Made by a program: the position numbers and the translations under genes
In this document: positions 15,919-26,477 of the stretch, piece by piece
Position numbering within the stretch: the first letter of the stretch is position 1
How the letters are laid out: every line of letters begins with the position of its first letter
Notes under the pieces: model-generated
Told to the model about the DNA's origin: nothing
What the model saw: the letters and a program-made list of their open reading frames with translations, nothing else
Database searches by the model: none
From: an uncultured bacterium
Lineage (GTDB): Bacteria > Electryoneota > RPQS01 > CBDVBD01
Direction of reading: 5' to 3'
DNA: 52,113 nt
NCBI GenBank assembly: GCA_965372135.1
Contig: CBDVBD010000003.1
Location: forward strand, 1 to 52,113

Positions 15919-17892
15919 ATGAAACGTTGTACGATACTAGTGGCATTGCTTTGTGTTTTTCTGTGGAGTGTGCACGGGTTATGGGCACGACCGCGTCCGG
16001 AACGGATCGGACTGCCGCCTGTGATGACTCCGGCGTCATCGTGGGATGATCCCTACTCAAATGATGACAGCCTGCACATTTACGACACTCGCCATTACGA
16101 ACTTCGGGTGGATTTCGACCTGACCAACCAGCTAATTTACGGGGATGCCACCATTCACTGTATCAGCACCGATAACACCTTGGATGAGATACTGTTGGAA
16201 TTGAAGTCGTTGACCATCGACACGGTGCAGGTGGATGGGGTGATCAGCGCATACGATTACCATTCGGATTCGTTGTTTGTGCCGCTGCCAGCACCGCTTC
16301 TTGAAGGAGATAGTGTCACGGTACGAGTGGTGTATCACGGGCATCCGTATCATGAAAGCTGGGGTGGGTTTTATTTCAATTGGAACGTGGCGTTCAATTT
16401 AGGTGATGGATTAAACGCGAATCCGCCGCCCATCAACCACGTTTGGTTCCCCAATTGGCGGCATCCGGCGGATAAGTTTACCATGGAGATGTGGTTTACG
16501 GTGCCGGACGACAAAGTGGCAGGTTCCAATGGGGAACTGATCGAGGTAATCGAAAACATCCCAGAGCAGACGGTAACATGGCATTGGCAGCAGCACGAAC
16601 CGGTGTCCTCCTATCTGTTTTGCGTGGCGATTTCCAATTACATTATCCTGGAAAATCCGGTGTACGACTGGATTCAGAATTTCGTATATCCCGGGGACAG
16701 CGCTCAAGCTGTGGAGTCGTATTCCAACCTGGATGAGATGATGGATTGCTATCAGTATCGCTTCAGTCCGTACCCATATACAGGGAAATTTGGATACGCT
16801 CAGGTCAGCACCGGGGATATGGAGCACGTGGGATTGGTGGCGCACAGAGAAAATGCGGTCAATGGCGGACATGGTAACGATTGGCTGCTGGCGCACGAAA
16901 TGTCGCATATGTGGTGGGGGAATTTGATTACCTGCGGTACCTGGAAAGATCTGTGGTTGAATGAAGGTCAAGGCACTTACTGCGAAGCACTTTACTTCGA
17001 ATGCGCCAATGGCGCACAGGGATATAGAAACTATATGCAGAGTTCGCTGATGGGACCATATTTAGGCTCAGGGCAGCTTTTTCCTATTTATGATCCGATA
17101 AGTATGTGGTCATACACCGTGTACGAAAAGGGGGGTTGTGTGATGCACATGCTTCGGGGCGTGTCGGGGGACTCGCTGTCTTTCGGGGGGTGGAATGATT
17201 ACGGCGATCAGTATCGGTTTGACACCGCAACCACCGATGATTTTCAGACGGTGATGGAGGATTACAGCGGGCAGGATTTAGACTGGTTTTTCGACCAATG
17301 GATTTACGGTCCCGGGTATCCGCGGTATAATTACGCTTGGGAGGCGGTGCCCAACGGGAACCAGTGGGATATTCATCTGTGGGTAGATCAGGTGCAGTCT
17401 TCCGGCGGTCCTTTTACCATGCCGATCGATTTTGCAGCGATATCCGGCGAGGATACGGTGGTCACCACGGTGTGGATTGACAGCGACCCGGACACTGCGA
17501 TTTTCCCCGGAGGTTCCAACCAGCCGACAAGTCTGATTTTCGACTACCACAATTGGGTGCTGGAACGGCATACCGAAGTGCCGTCGGCGGTGCTGGAGGA
17601 TACTCATGTGCCGCTTACCTATTCGTTACAGCCGGCATTTCCCAATCCGTTCAATGCCAGTACGGTGATTTCTTACAGCGTGCCGGTGCTGTGTCATACG
17701 GAACTTGCCGTATATAACATATTGGGGCAGCAGGTAGCTACTTTGGTGTACGGCGACGTCGAAGCCGGTACTCATACGGTGGCTTGGGACGGCAGGGATA
17801 TGTCAGTAGTTCCGGCTGCGTCGGGCGTGTATTTGGTCAGCATGACAGCGCCGGGATTTCAACAGGTTCAAAAGGTCATCATGCTGCGATGA
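15919..17892 (+). CDS. Secreted M1 family aminopeptidase with C-terminal FlgD-Ig/Por-type sorting domain
   Basis: Signal peptide MKRCTILV, GDMEH (GxMEN-like), HEMSH-x18-E (WLNEG), YEKG, tail PNPFN...YNILGQ.V...SGVY. Confidence 0.88.
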   Translation: MKRCTILVALLCVFLWSVHGLWARPRPERIGLPPVMTPASSWDDPYSNDDSLHIYDTRHYELRVDFDLTNQLIYGDATIHCISTDNTLDEILLELKSLTIDTVQVDGVISAYDYHSDSLFVPLPAPLLEGDSVTVRVVYHGHPYHESWGGFYFNWNVAFNLGDGLNANPPPINHVWFPNWRHPADKFTMEMWFTVPDDKVAGSNGELIEVIENIPEQTVTWHWQQHEPVSSYLFCVAISNYIILENPVYDWIQNFVYPGDSAQAVESYSNLDEMMDCYQYRFSPYPYTGKFGYAQVSTGDMEHVGLVAHRENAVNGGHGNDWLLAHEMSHMWWGNLITCGTWKDLWLNEGQGTYCEALYFECANGAQGYRNYMQSSLMGPYLGSGQLFPIYDPISMWSYTVYEKGGCVMHMLRGVSGDSLSFGGWNDYGDQYRFDTATTDDFQTVMEDYSGQDLDWFFDQWIYGPGYPRYNYAWEAVPNGNQWDIHLWVDQVQSSGGPFTMPIDFAAISGEDTVVTTVWIDSDPDTAIFPGGSNQPTSLIFDYHNWVLERHTEVPSAVLEDTHVPLTYSLQPAFPNPFNASTVISYSVPVLCHTELAVYNILGQQVATLVYGDVEAGTHTVAWDGRDMSVVPAASGVYLVSMTAPGFQQVQKVIMLR

Positions 17893-18542
17893 TGATCCGG
17901 ATTGCCAAGGCAGTCGCACTTTTGGAATCCCATTTCGGAGTACCGGAATGGTCCGGTCCTCGGGATCCTATGGAAACTTTAGTAGGAACCATCCTGTCCC
18001 AGAACACTACCGGCACCAATCGAGATCGGGCGATAGGGGCGCTCAAGCAGCGATTTAACGATTGGGAGGAAATCCGGCAAGCACCACCGGACAAGCTGGC
18101 TGACGTTATCCGGGTGGCAGGGCTTGCCAACCAGCGCAGTAAGCGGATTATCGCGTTGCTGGAGTGGGTCAAGCAACGTTGCGGGAATTACGATCTTTCA
18201 GAAATGTGCAGTTGGAGTTTCCAGCAGGCGGTTGACGAATTGACTCCGCTGCCGGGAATCGGGGTTAAAACGATTTCCGTGACGCTGCTGTTCGCCTGCG
18301 GGCAGGACTTGTGCCCGGTGGACACCCATGTGTACCGAGTGGTGCGCCGGCTGGGTTGGGTACCCGATTCCAGCTCGCGGGATTCGACTTTCTTTCAATT
18401 ACAGGATCAATTACCCAAGGGTAAAGGGTACTCGTTGCATGTGAATTTGATTCGGTTGGGAAAGCAAATCTGCAAGCCGCGAAATCCTAAGTGTACTGAA
18501 TGTCCGTTGAACGCGGATTGCAACTATTTCAAAGCGGTTTAA
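17889..18542 (+). CDS. nth: Endonuclease III-family HhH-GPD DNA glycosylase
   Basis: TILSQNT, HhH LPGIGVKT, VDTHV, C-x6-C-x2-C-x5-C Fe-S motif; ATGA overlap with the upstream gene. Confidence 0.85.
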   Translation: MMIRIAKAVALLESHFGVPEWSGPRDPMETLVGTILSQNTTGTNRDRAIGALKQRFNDWEEIRQAPPDKLADVIRVAGLANQRSKRIIALLEWVKQRCGNYDLSEMCSWSFQQAVDELTPLPGIGVKTISVTLLFACGQDLCPVDTHVYRVVRRLGWVPDSSSRDSTFFQLQDQLPKGKGYSLHVNLIRLGKQICKPRNPKCTECPLNADCNYFKAV

Positions 18543-18629
18543 TGATACCTGTACACCAGAGGGAACTTATCTAACATACAATGGTTTGTACTATAAATAC
18601 TAAATCTGATTTAGAGTAAAACTGACATT

Positions 18630-19496
18630 ATGGCACAAAAACAGACCGATAAGCAAAAAATTGAGCTGAATCCTACCAATACCAGGTTGTGGGTGGTGGT
18701 AATCGTTTTTTTGTTCACTTTTCAGAATTTATTCGTACCGAAAAGTGTGCTGGTGAGGTTTATTGGCAACCTTTGGCACGGAATGATTTTCCAGTTCCTG
18801 CCGACCTTCAGCGAACCGTGGCAGCTAATCCAAAATGGCTTGACTTATCTGGTTTTGGCATGGCTGTTTCTACGGTCGGCACACCGTCCCATGGGGTCGA
18901 TTGGCGCAACCATCGATGCTTGGAAAATCGGGTTTACCTGGGGGATTGGAGCGTTTTTTGTCAGTGCTGTGGTGTTATTTTTTGGAGGTGGTGTCTTAGC
19001 GAGGTTTGACAGCACACCGTCGTTGTTTGGTTTTGTACCAGTGCAGGTGGGTCAGTTTTTCAACGCCTTCGGACAGGAGTTGTGTTTCCGAGCCTTCCTC
19101 CAGACCAGCGTAGTGATCATTGCCATCCGATACCTTAAGGACAACCAGAAAGCAGCCTGGTTAGGGATTATAGTTTCGACACTATTCTACACTGTATTTC
19201 AAGCTCCGGGATTTGCGGATGCCGGATTCCATGGGTTTTCATTGATAGGTGCGTTGATTCACACCAGCTTGATTTTCGCCCTGCTGGTCAGCGTAATTTA
19301 CGCTATCACCAATAATTTTGTGTTAGTGGCATTCATTCATGGCGGGTATTATGCGCTGTCCTATTGGACAGTGGATGGAATTTATGCGCACTTCCCAGCC
19401 GATATCTTCCTGCTAACCATAATCGGAATCAGCTTGTTAGCGTACAAGAGCAATCCGGGTGCATTAAAGTTGGCACCACTGGCAATAGAAGTCTAA
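18630..19496 (+). CDS. CPBP/CAAX-protease-like multi-pass membrane protein with degenerate motifs
   Basis: About 8 TMs; QELCFR at the EExxxR position, followed by segments matching the CPBP layout, including FIHG. Confidence 0.6.
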   Translation: MAQKQTDKQKIELNPTNTRLWVVVIVFLFTFQNLFVPKSVLVRFIGNLWHGMIFQFLPTFSEPWQLIQNGLTYLVLAWLFLRSAHRPMGSIGATIDAWKIGFTWGIGAFFVSAVVLFFGGGVLARFDSTPSLFGFVPVQVGQFFNAFGQELCFRAFLQTSVVIIAIRYLKDNQKAAWLGIIVSTLFYTVFQAPGFADAGFHGFSLIGALIHTSLIFALLVSVIYAITNNFVLVAFIHGGYYALSYWTVDGIYAHFPADIFLLTIIGISLLAYKSNPGALKLAPLAIEV

Positions 19497-19500
19497 GCGC

Positions 19501-19899
19501 CTATGTAGCATACACTACGACACGGAATTGCCCGCTGCGGTCCGGAGTTTCACCCATTGCCGTCAAGATTCCGAGAATGAACTCCCGATACAACTCTTCT
19601 ATAAAGACCTTTATTTCCAACTGATTACCATTCACCAGCACTTCCACGTCATGGGGTTCGATGGTAATCTCCACCTTTTCCAGATTTTCCGGGATATCTT
19701 CTAAGGTTAAAGTAAAAGCGAACAGCACGTCCCGGAACACCTGCTGCACATATTTCTTCATCTTCACCGCATTATCTCCCATATACACTTCCGCCATGAC
19801 ATTATCGGTTTTCCCCTGGTCGTCGTCCGCCCATGTTTGTAGTGGCAGAATTACGGCTATTACTAACGTGATCAGAAGGGGGAGATGATGGTAACGCAT
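19501..19899 (-). CDS. Hypothetical exported protein
   Basis: GGAGG RBS, signal peptide, follows the anti-sigma gene. Confidence 0.6.
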   Translation of the reverse strand: MRYHHLPLLITLVIAVILPLQTWADDDQGKTDNVMAEVYMGDNAVKMKKYVQQVFRDVLFAFTLTLEDIPENLEKVEITIEPHDVEVLVNGNQLEIKVFIEELYREFILGILTAMGETPDRSGQFRVVVYAT

Positions 19900-19946
19900 T
19901 GTTCCTCCATAAGTTGTTAATTAGAATTGGTGATGTATGAAGTTCT

Positions 19947-21248
19947 TTAATTGGCAAGTTCAAGCAGCTTTTCCCAGCGTACCTGGTAACGTTGCTTCCC
20001 CCAGGAGTCTTCTAAACGTTCCCGGTAGGTTTCCATTAGTGGTTTGAGATTTTCGAAGGCTTCCTGATTGCGGTCCTGCAGCGCCTGGCGGAAAAGGACA
20101 CCGGCTAAATACGGAATCACTTCCAGACGGCAGGATTTTCCTTCACAACGACGGTATTCATGCCATAAGCTGTCAGCCTGAGTGGGAAATACCAGATCGG
20201 TAGTTATCGACACCTGATACTCCTCCCAGTATGAAAGGTGGGAAAATGGAGCGGTAAGCACCGGATCAGATTCAACGCTGAGATGGCGCGTGGTCTCAGT
20301 CTGAAATGTCATCCGGTCTTTGGAAACGCCAGCTCCTCGCGATGATGTACTGCCCAGGGTCATTCCTTCCTGTGTTTCCTTTATCGATATATCCATCTGG
20401 CTTTTTTTAGCTTCCTGGGGAGGGACTTCAGAGACTTCACTGGATCTCCCACCCCGGAAATGGAACTCGCCTTCCTGGTCCACATGCACGCCTGGCAGTG
20501 TCCGAAGGGCGTCTCTAACATCTTCCACAGTCCTATCGAGCCTTTTCTCACGAGCTGGGGGTTCTATGCTCATATCTTCTGAAAATTCGGCAACATCCTC
20601 CTCGTGGGACAGTGTTTCATCCTTCCTATAAACTGATGGCAAAGTGGGTGGTTCTTCCACTTGCAGTTTTCTGTCCAATTCGGGGGATGGTGCTTTCAAC
20701 GGTGGCTCCCCTGCTGCTGATTTTAAGATGACAGGAACCTCGGATTTCGAGGTTGTGTCTATCATTTCCCCTTCGACAAGTTGTTCAGTAGCAAGTTCCT
20801 GCAAAACAGTATGTTCAGATTGCTCAACGGGGCGATCTGATATAGCATGTTCGGGAATGGTACTTGTTGATGGTGTTATCTGCTCCATTGTGATTTGGCG
20901 CGATACCACGAAAGCCATGACTGCTACTGCTACAACGGCACCCGCCTTCACCACCGCATATCGTGGTGATAACAGCCATGACAGCCTCTCCATGATCCCA
21001 GCGCGGTGTCGGACTTTCCCCGGTGTAATGGCGCGATCGATGCCGTCCCGCATGCGCTGCCAGGCTTCTTCACCGGGATCCAAACCCTGGTTTTCCGCCA
21101 CCAGGCTATCCATCTTACACAGAGCCTCCCATTCCGCCTGGCAGACTGGACACGATTCCAGATGGTCACTGATAATTTTGCCTTCTTGCGGGTTTAGTTC
21201 GCTGTCGAGGAAGGCTTCTAACTTTTTCTGTATCTCTTGGCAATCCAT
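19947..21248 (-). CDS. Zinc-finger (zf-HC2) transmembrane anti-sigma factor
   Basis: MDC...FLDSEL...HLESCPVC (HxxxCxxC), one TM, long extracytoplasmic region, directly after the ECF sigma gene. Confidence 0.85.
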   Translation of the reverse strand: MDCQEIQKKLEAFLDSELNPQEGKIISDHLESCPVCQAEWEALCKMDSLVAENQGLDPGEEAWQRMRDGIDRAITPGKVRHRAGIMERLSWLLSPRYAVVKAGAVVAVAVMAFVVSRQITMEQITPSTSTIPEHAISDRPVEQSEHTVLQELATEQLVEGEMIDTTSKSEVPVILKSAAGEPPLKAPSPELDRKLQVEEPPTLPSVYRKDETLSHEEDVAEFSEDMSIEPPAREKRLDRTVEDVRDALRTLPGVHVDQEGEFHFRGGRSSEVSEVPPQEAKKSQMDISIKETQEGMTLGSTSSRGAGVSKDRMTFQTETTRHLSVESDPVLTAPFSHLSYWEEYQVSITTDLVFPTQADSLWHEYRRCEGKSCRLEVIPYLAGVLFRQALQDRNQEAFENLKPLMETYRERLEDSWGKQRYQVRWEKLLELAN

Positions 21249-21278
21249 CGGTGGAAGCCTCTAATTTATCGATTCGAT

Positions 21279-21839
21279 CTACAGGTGATCTTTCAACAAC
21301 TCGCGTAATTTCTTCCGAGCCCGGTGCAGCCGTGACATCACTGACCCCCGTGGGATATTTAGCACCTCGGCAATTTGGTCGTAGCTCAGGTGTTCCTGGA
21401 TTCTAAGGAGCAGGACTGCCCGTTGGTCTTCCGGCAGCGCCTGGGCGGCTTTCAAGGCAATGGCTCCGATTTTTTCCATATCCGGCTGTAAAGGATCGGG
21501 ATTATCCGCTGCTGTATTAACAACTTCTTCCAACGCCACCGTAGAGCGACGTTTCCGCTTATCAAGCTGAGTCAGCGCCATATTGATCGCAATCCGGTAC
21601 AGCCAGGGTTGAAACGGGCGATCCGAATCATACTGATCCAACGACCGATAGGCACGGATAAAGGCGTCCTGCACAACATCTTCAGCGTCAGCCGGTCGCC
21701 CCAGCATTTTCAGTACCAGGAAATACAGCGGTCGCTGGTACTTCAACACTAAGCGGTCGAAGGCTTTGGTGTTTCCTTTCCGGGTTTTGAGGATCCATGC
21801 GCAATCCTCACGGGCTGATGCATCGAAATCGTTGCCCAT
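21279..21839 (-). CDS. ECF RNA polymerase sigma factor
   Basis: AEDVVQDAF, WLYRIAIN (region 2), LSYDQIAEVLNIPRGSVMSRLHRAR (region 4). Confidence 0.93.
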   Translation of the reverse strand: MGNDFDASAREDCAWILKTRKGNTKAFDRLVLKYQRPLYFLVLKMLGRPADAEDVVQDAFIRAYRSLDQYDSDRPFQPWLYRIAINMALTQLDKRKRRSTVALEEVVNTAADNPDPLQPDMEKIGAIALKAAQALPEDQRAVLLLRIQEHLSYDQIAEVLNIPRGSVMSRLHRARKKLRELLKDHL

Positions 21840-22003
21840 GCCTGACTTTTCGGTATCATGATCCCCGGATTTTGTATATCCCTGCGGTCAAAGAGCCTGC
21901 CCTATTTATACTACTCCGGAATTATCAGATTATTCCTAAGCAGAATCAAGCTCAACCATATTTCGCACGGATAGTAGTATCCTGAGGGAGTCAGTGGATA
22001 AAG

Positions 22004-22035
22004 AAAAAGGGTGTCCATATTGGGACGCCCTTTTT
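22004..22035. terminator. Intrinsic terminator (bidirectional shape) after the C25 peptidase gene
   Basis: AAAAAGGGTGTCC-ATATTG-GGACGCCCTTTTT. Confidence 0.8.
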
Positions 22036-22049
22036 GCTTGCGAGAATTA

Positions 22050-25000
22050 TTATCGTAACATTACCGCTTTCTTCAAGTCCTCGAAGATTACGGCATGGTT
22101 TTGCATAACCATGATTCGGTAGAAATACACCCCCGACGAAATACCGGACCCATCCCAAGTCACGCTGTGGAAGCCTGCAGGCAATGGTTGATCGATCACT
22201 ATCGTAACCTGTTGTCCCAGCACGTTATAGATTTGTACGGTCACACGACCGGCTTGAGGCAGGTCAAAGGGGATGGTGGTTTCAGGATTGAATGGATTGG
22301 GGTAATTCTGGTGTAATGCGAACCGTTCCGGGAGTAAGTTGTTTCCTGATTCCGGAATATTGGATGCTTCGTACAACACCGACACATGGTTGGTGGTATC
22401 GCTTTCACCCAACGTAAAACCGGCAGTGACATAATACTCGTAGGTGCCATTTTGGGGCGGGATGTCCTGATATTCATTATTTTGCACCAAGGAGTCAATG
22501 GCAACGCCATCGCGGTAAATGACATAACCTAAGAATTCCAACGATTCATCGATGCCGTTATTACCTGGGGTTCGGTTATTCCGATGGAGTTGATTTTCCG
22601 ATGCCACCGAGGACAAAGTTCGGGATACTTCTACCAACTGGGGCTCACCTGCACTCTGAAACACTGTGGGATCCCATTGCAACAACAAGTAGTTGTTTTC
22701 CGCCATTCCGGTAAGATCGGCGGGAGGCTCCAGATAAGGTAGATTGATGTCAATCCCTGAAAGAGTGCCACTTGACGGTACCACCAGATTCGCCATGGTG
22801 ATGGTTCCATACCCGTAGAGTGACGCCATCAATACCTGCAAGCCCGACGGGACATCGATCAGAGTATAGGTGCCATTGGCAAGGGGGTTGGTAGTGGCGG
22901 TTCCGATCCGGACTGTCACGTCCTGGATGCTGCCGCTGCCACCAAGCAGCGACGCTGTGCCAATCACAGTACCGGACGACAACGTGTCGACGGTAGTAAA
23001 CAGGATAGCGGTTTCCGGGACGATTTCCATTCCATAGCGGTCGTACTCGCCATCGTATAGGTACTGGATACCGATCGCCTGGTCAGAACTTTCGATTCCA
23101 ATGGTGCAACTGGAAAAGTCATTGGCGGTCTGATATTGAAACAGGATTTGACCGTCACCAGTTGAAGTAGGATATACCGCCGGATCGTACAAGATAATCT
23201 CAAAAGTGTCCCATTGGTACGAGGGACTGTACCGGTGTATCTGGTAATACTCAACCACAAATCGTCCGCCGACCGTGTCTGCCCAAACCCAAATCGAGCC
23301 GCCATTTTCGGGATTCAGGTCCTGCCATTGGAGCGCCATCATGGCTGGAGGACCACCTGGATTGGGGATTGGGGTGTTGAAATAAGAGGTGCTGGTGGTG
23401 TATCCCAAGCAAACCCAGCCGTTCGAACAGACATAGATATAGTTGAAATCCGATCCGTAATATTGGAAAGTGAACGGTAATTCGAACACCCGGGTTTGAT
23501 CGTCATTAATAATATTGCTGAAGGTGCCGGGACCGCCCAAGTTAGAATTAATCTCTACCCAATTATACTGCGGTGCGCCGGTGATTTCCTCGGAATCGTA
23601 CGCCATGTAGCCATAATTGTCCGGTCCGGTGGGAAGCTGCGTGGCATCGCCAACTTCCACTTCGAAGCGATCCACCTGGCTTCTACCGGTGGCAGCTTCG
23701 TTGACTGATAAGATCAATCCGGCTGGGTATCCCAACGGACACGCCGACGACGCTGTTACAGTAAAGGTCTCGGAGGCTTCCTGGTCCGGATCCAACGCTG
23801 AAAAAGTACCGGTTCCGGAACCGATAGTGACCAGGGCTTCCAAAGTAGTGAGTTCCGCTGTCATGGCTGCGGAAGCGCTGCTTCCCTGATTAGTGATTGT
23901 GATTTCCAGGTCAGCGGTTTCGCCGGGATCCAGGATGCCATCGTTGTTGCCGGCAGCGTCGTCCACGGTAACTTCGGTGCATACGATATCGGGTGCATGT
24001 GCGACTATTTCGAAATCCGATTCCCAGCTGCCTTCGTTCGATACCGCGATTACGGTAAATTCGATACCGGTGTAATCCGGAACTTCCGGGGACAGCTCAA
24101 ATTCGAAGGCATCCTCCACCGTCACTTCCTGCTCAACCCCAATGTCGCCGAAGGCGGCTATAGAGTCAGTGATAGTGATTAAATCGCTATCACAACCCAG
24201 GGTGACATTAACGTTGGTGGCAGTTTGGGTGCCGTGATTTCTCAAGGTCATGTCCAATGTCACCGACTCGTTATAGTCTAATAGTCCATTGTTGTTGCCG
24301 GTGGAATCATTTATGGTGTGGCTTTGGTAAGCCACAAACGGTCCGGATGGGATGATAACCTGCAGTGTTCCTTCATAGGGGTGGATGTTGTGACCGGTTA
24401 CATGGATTGCTAATTCCATGGGTGCCGATGGTGGCTGATCAAATAGGATTTCTGCTTCACCGGATGCATTGGTGTATGCAGTGCCGCAGATCTCGTCATC
24501 CATCACGCACACCATGGCGTTCTCCACCGGAACACCACCATCGGTGACTTCCACGGTTACACTATTGGCACCCACGAAAACGACCGAAGGGTGATCCACC
24601 GTCACCAACTGAGGAACTGACGTCCACAGGTCCACGGTGGGATCGCCAAGGATATTGTACATTTCGAAATACCGCCGTACTGTCTGAGTACTGCCGTAGT
24701 GTTGATACAACCCAATTTTCCCATAATTGGTCATCCCGCTGACCCAGGTAAATTCCACGTCATCCCCCGGGTTCTGGTTGTCAAAGAAACCTTCGAAAAG
24801 TTCCTTTTCCAATATGTCGTCCTCATCCCAATAGGAAGTCACCGAGGAACCCCAAAAAGTAACCGCAGCGTGGTCTTCCCGAATCCAAGTTTCCCCAAAA
24901 CATTCGTTATATTCGAATTGTCCGGTTTGGCAAGAAAAGGAACAGACAAAGGGAAACACTGAATTGGTCAGGTTGCGTACGTCGTTCTGATCCATAGGTG

Positions 25001-26396
25001 GACCGTCAGCCCACTCGTAAGGAGACCCATGTCCGGAATAAATAATCAACGACCGTCCTTGGTTGATGGCATCGATCACCTGCTGAGTAGTGGCATTATA
25101 GGTATGAGTATAAAAGCGGTCAATGGTATAACCAGCGGGATCCAGATAGGCACTAATCACATAATTATGAGTGCCTTCGGTGATCTGCCAGTTGTCATTG
25201 GATGCTAAGAAGCTGGCATGAGTTTCCCAATCATTATTCCCGGTCCATTCCACGCATTCGAAATTTAATATCTTACTGATAATATTGCCCAATTGGATTG
25301 GAGTCATTACCGACAGACGACCAAGACCGATGTCCGGGAAATAATCCCCGCCCTCTACACAGGCATAATAGAGGTCTGTTGCAGGGTTGTTCTGTGTGGT
25401 TCCCACATAATGTGGAATATCATCGGTGTCACCGATCAACAGCACATACGCCGGCGGAATATCCCAGTTATCGTAGGCATTCTCAATGTAATTTTCGATA
25501 TCAATGCGTTGGGTACCGGTTTCCGCGGTGGTCGCTAAAGTGACATGATACCCCTTCTTTTCTTTCCACTCGATGTAATCCTCGAGATCGGTGCTGTTTT
25601 CATACAAGGGATCACAGATAATCAGGAATCCGACGGGAGGGGTGGGCAGCTCGTCCAACGAAGCAAGTGACGGCGGTACTTCCAGCAATTCGCCCGCCAT
25701 CATCCTGTTCTGCAACGTGCCATAACGCAATATACGCGACTGGGTTTCCAGCAGGTCGGCGTTCTCGATTTGCAACCGCAGACTCACGTGACTAACCACC
25801 CGGATTTCAGTGCGTTGAGGATTCATCTGTACCGGATACACCGTCACCGGCACAAAGGAATAAGCCCGTAAGTAGCTGCGTTCGCCGACTTCAACTTCCG
25901 GCACCGGCAGCCATCGATCCCGGCTGTAGTAATCCTGATCCCAAGCGAATTGGGCATTCTGCAGCGCTCCAGGGCGCTTCTCCACCGGCGGCTGGCGGGG
26001 ATACAAGGGTTTCTGTGCCAGGTCTGGAAGGGAAATCACCTGTTCGGTACGTTCGATCACTTCCCAGGATACACTCCCCCCTTCCGGTATAGCTATCAAC
26101 TTACGGATAGCGGGATATTCAGGTTGGCTGACAACTCCTGCCACACCTCCGTCGGGTACCTGGATTTTCAGGAAATCGCCTCCGGTGGTTGACACTTCGT
26201 CCACCCATATCCCCGATATAGTCACATCGATAATAATTTCATTGTTTCCCTGGGACAGGATGCTGACACGCACTTCTTCGGGACGGCTGGCACCGTTTAA
26301 CGGTACCCAATCAGCGGATATCGCAGATGATACCCACAAAATCACAGTAAGTGCGATAACACATCTCACTACCGTTCGTATCCACATAGCATTCAT
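22050..26396 (-). CDS. Gingipain-like C25 cysteine peptidase with propeptide, Ig-like repeats and FlgD-Ig/Por-type C-terminal domain
   Basis: Signal peptide, YIEWKEKKG, YVLLIGD, DIGLGRL, catalytic YSGHG and FSC, YNILGDP, two GNN(N/D)G.LD..E repeats, GPDNYGY, tail QNYPNPFNP...SSGVYFYRI. Confidence 0.9.
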   Translation of the reverse strand: MNAMWIRTVVRCVIALTVILWVSSAISADWVPLNGASRPEEVRVSILSQGNNEIIIDVTISGIWVDEVSTTGGDFLKIQVPDGGVAGVVSQPEYPAIRKLIAIPEGGSVSWEVIERTEQVISLPDLAQKPLYPRQPPVEKRPGALQNAQFAWDQDYYSRDRWLPVPEVEVGERSYLRAYSFVPVTVYPVQMNPQRTEIRVVSHVSLRLQIENADLLETQSRILRYGTLQNRMMAGELLEVPPSLASLDELPTPPVGFLIICDPLYENSTDLEDYIEWKEKKGYHVTLATTAETGTQRIDIENYIENAYDNWDIPPAYVLLIGDTDDIPHYVGTTQNNPATDLYYACVEGGDYFPDIGLGRLSVMTPIQLGNIISKILNFECVEWTGNNDWETHASFLASNDNWQITEGTHNYVISAYLDPAGYTIDRFYTHTYNATTQQVIDAINQGRSLIIYSGHGSPYEWADGPPMDQNDVRNLTNSVFPFVCSFSCQTGQFEYNECFGETWIREDHAAVTFWGSSVTSYWDEDDILEKELFEGFFDNQNPGDDVEFTWVSGMTNYGKIGLYQHYGSTQTVRRYFEMYNILGDPTVDLWTSVPQLVTVDHPSVVFVGANSVTVEVTDGGVPVENAMVCVMDDEICGTAYTNASGEAEILFDQPPSAPMELAIHVTGHNIHPYEGTLQVIIPSGPFVAYQSHTINDSTGNNNGLLDYNESVTLDMTLRNHGTQTATNVNVTLGCDSDLITITDSIAAFGDIGVEQEVTVEDAFEFELSPEVPDYTGIEFTVIAVSNEGSWESDFEIVAHAPDIVCTEVTVDDAAGNNDGILDPGETADLEITITNQGSSASAAMTAELTTLEALVTIGSGTGTFSALDPDQEASETFTVTASSACPLGYPAGLILSVNEAATGRSQVDRFEVEVGDATQLPTGPDNYGYMAYDSEEITGAPQYNWVEINSNLGGPGTFSNIINDDQTRVFELPFTFQYYGSDFNYIYVCSNGWVCLGYTTSTSYFNTPIPNPGGPPAMMALQWQDLNPENGGSIWVWADTVGGRFVVEYYQIHRYSPSYQWDTFEIILYDPAVYPTSTGDGQILFQYQTANDFSSCTIGIESSDQAIGIQYLYDGEYDRYGMEIVPETAILFTTVDTLSSGTVIGTASLLGGSGSIQDVTVRIGTATTNPLANGTYTLIDVPSGLQVLMASLYGYGTITMANLVVPSSGTLSGIDINLPYLEPPADLTGMAENNYLLLQWDPTVFQSAGEPQLVEVSRTLSSVASENQLHRNNRTPGNNGIDESLEFLGYVIYRDGVAIDSLVQNNEYQDIPPQNGTYEYYVTAGFTLGESDTTNHVSVLYEASNIPESGNNLLPERFALHQNYPNPFNPETTIPFDLPQAGRVTVQIYNVLGQQVTIVIDQPLPAGFHSVTWDGSGISSGVYFYRIMVMQNHAVIFEDLKKAVMLR

Positions 26397-26477
26397 GGTT
26401 AGATAACCTCCATCACACGGGAAACATGCTGATTGCGAATCAACATATTTCGTACCACTCGACGACCGCAGCGCCGG

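Noticed and set aside
19900-19946. GAACTT...TCTAA as an ECF promoter (also GGAACTT near 18562)
   Set aside because: Spacing (14 nt here) does not fit the usual ~16 nt, and the cognate sigma specificity is unknown
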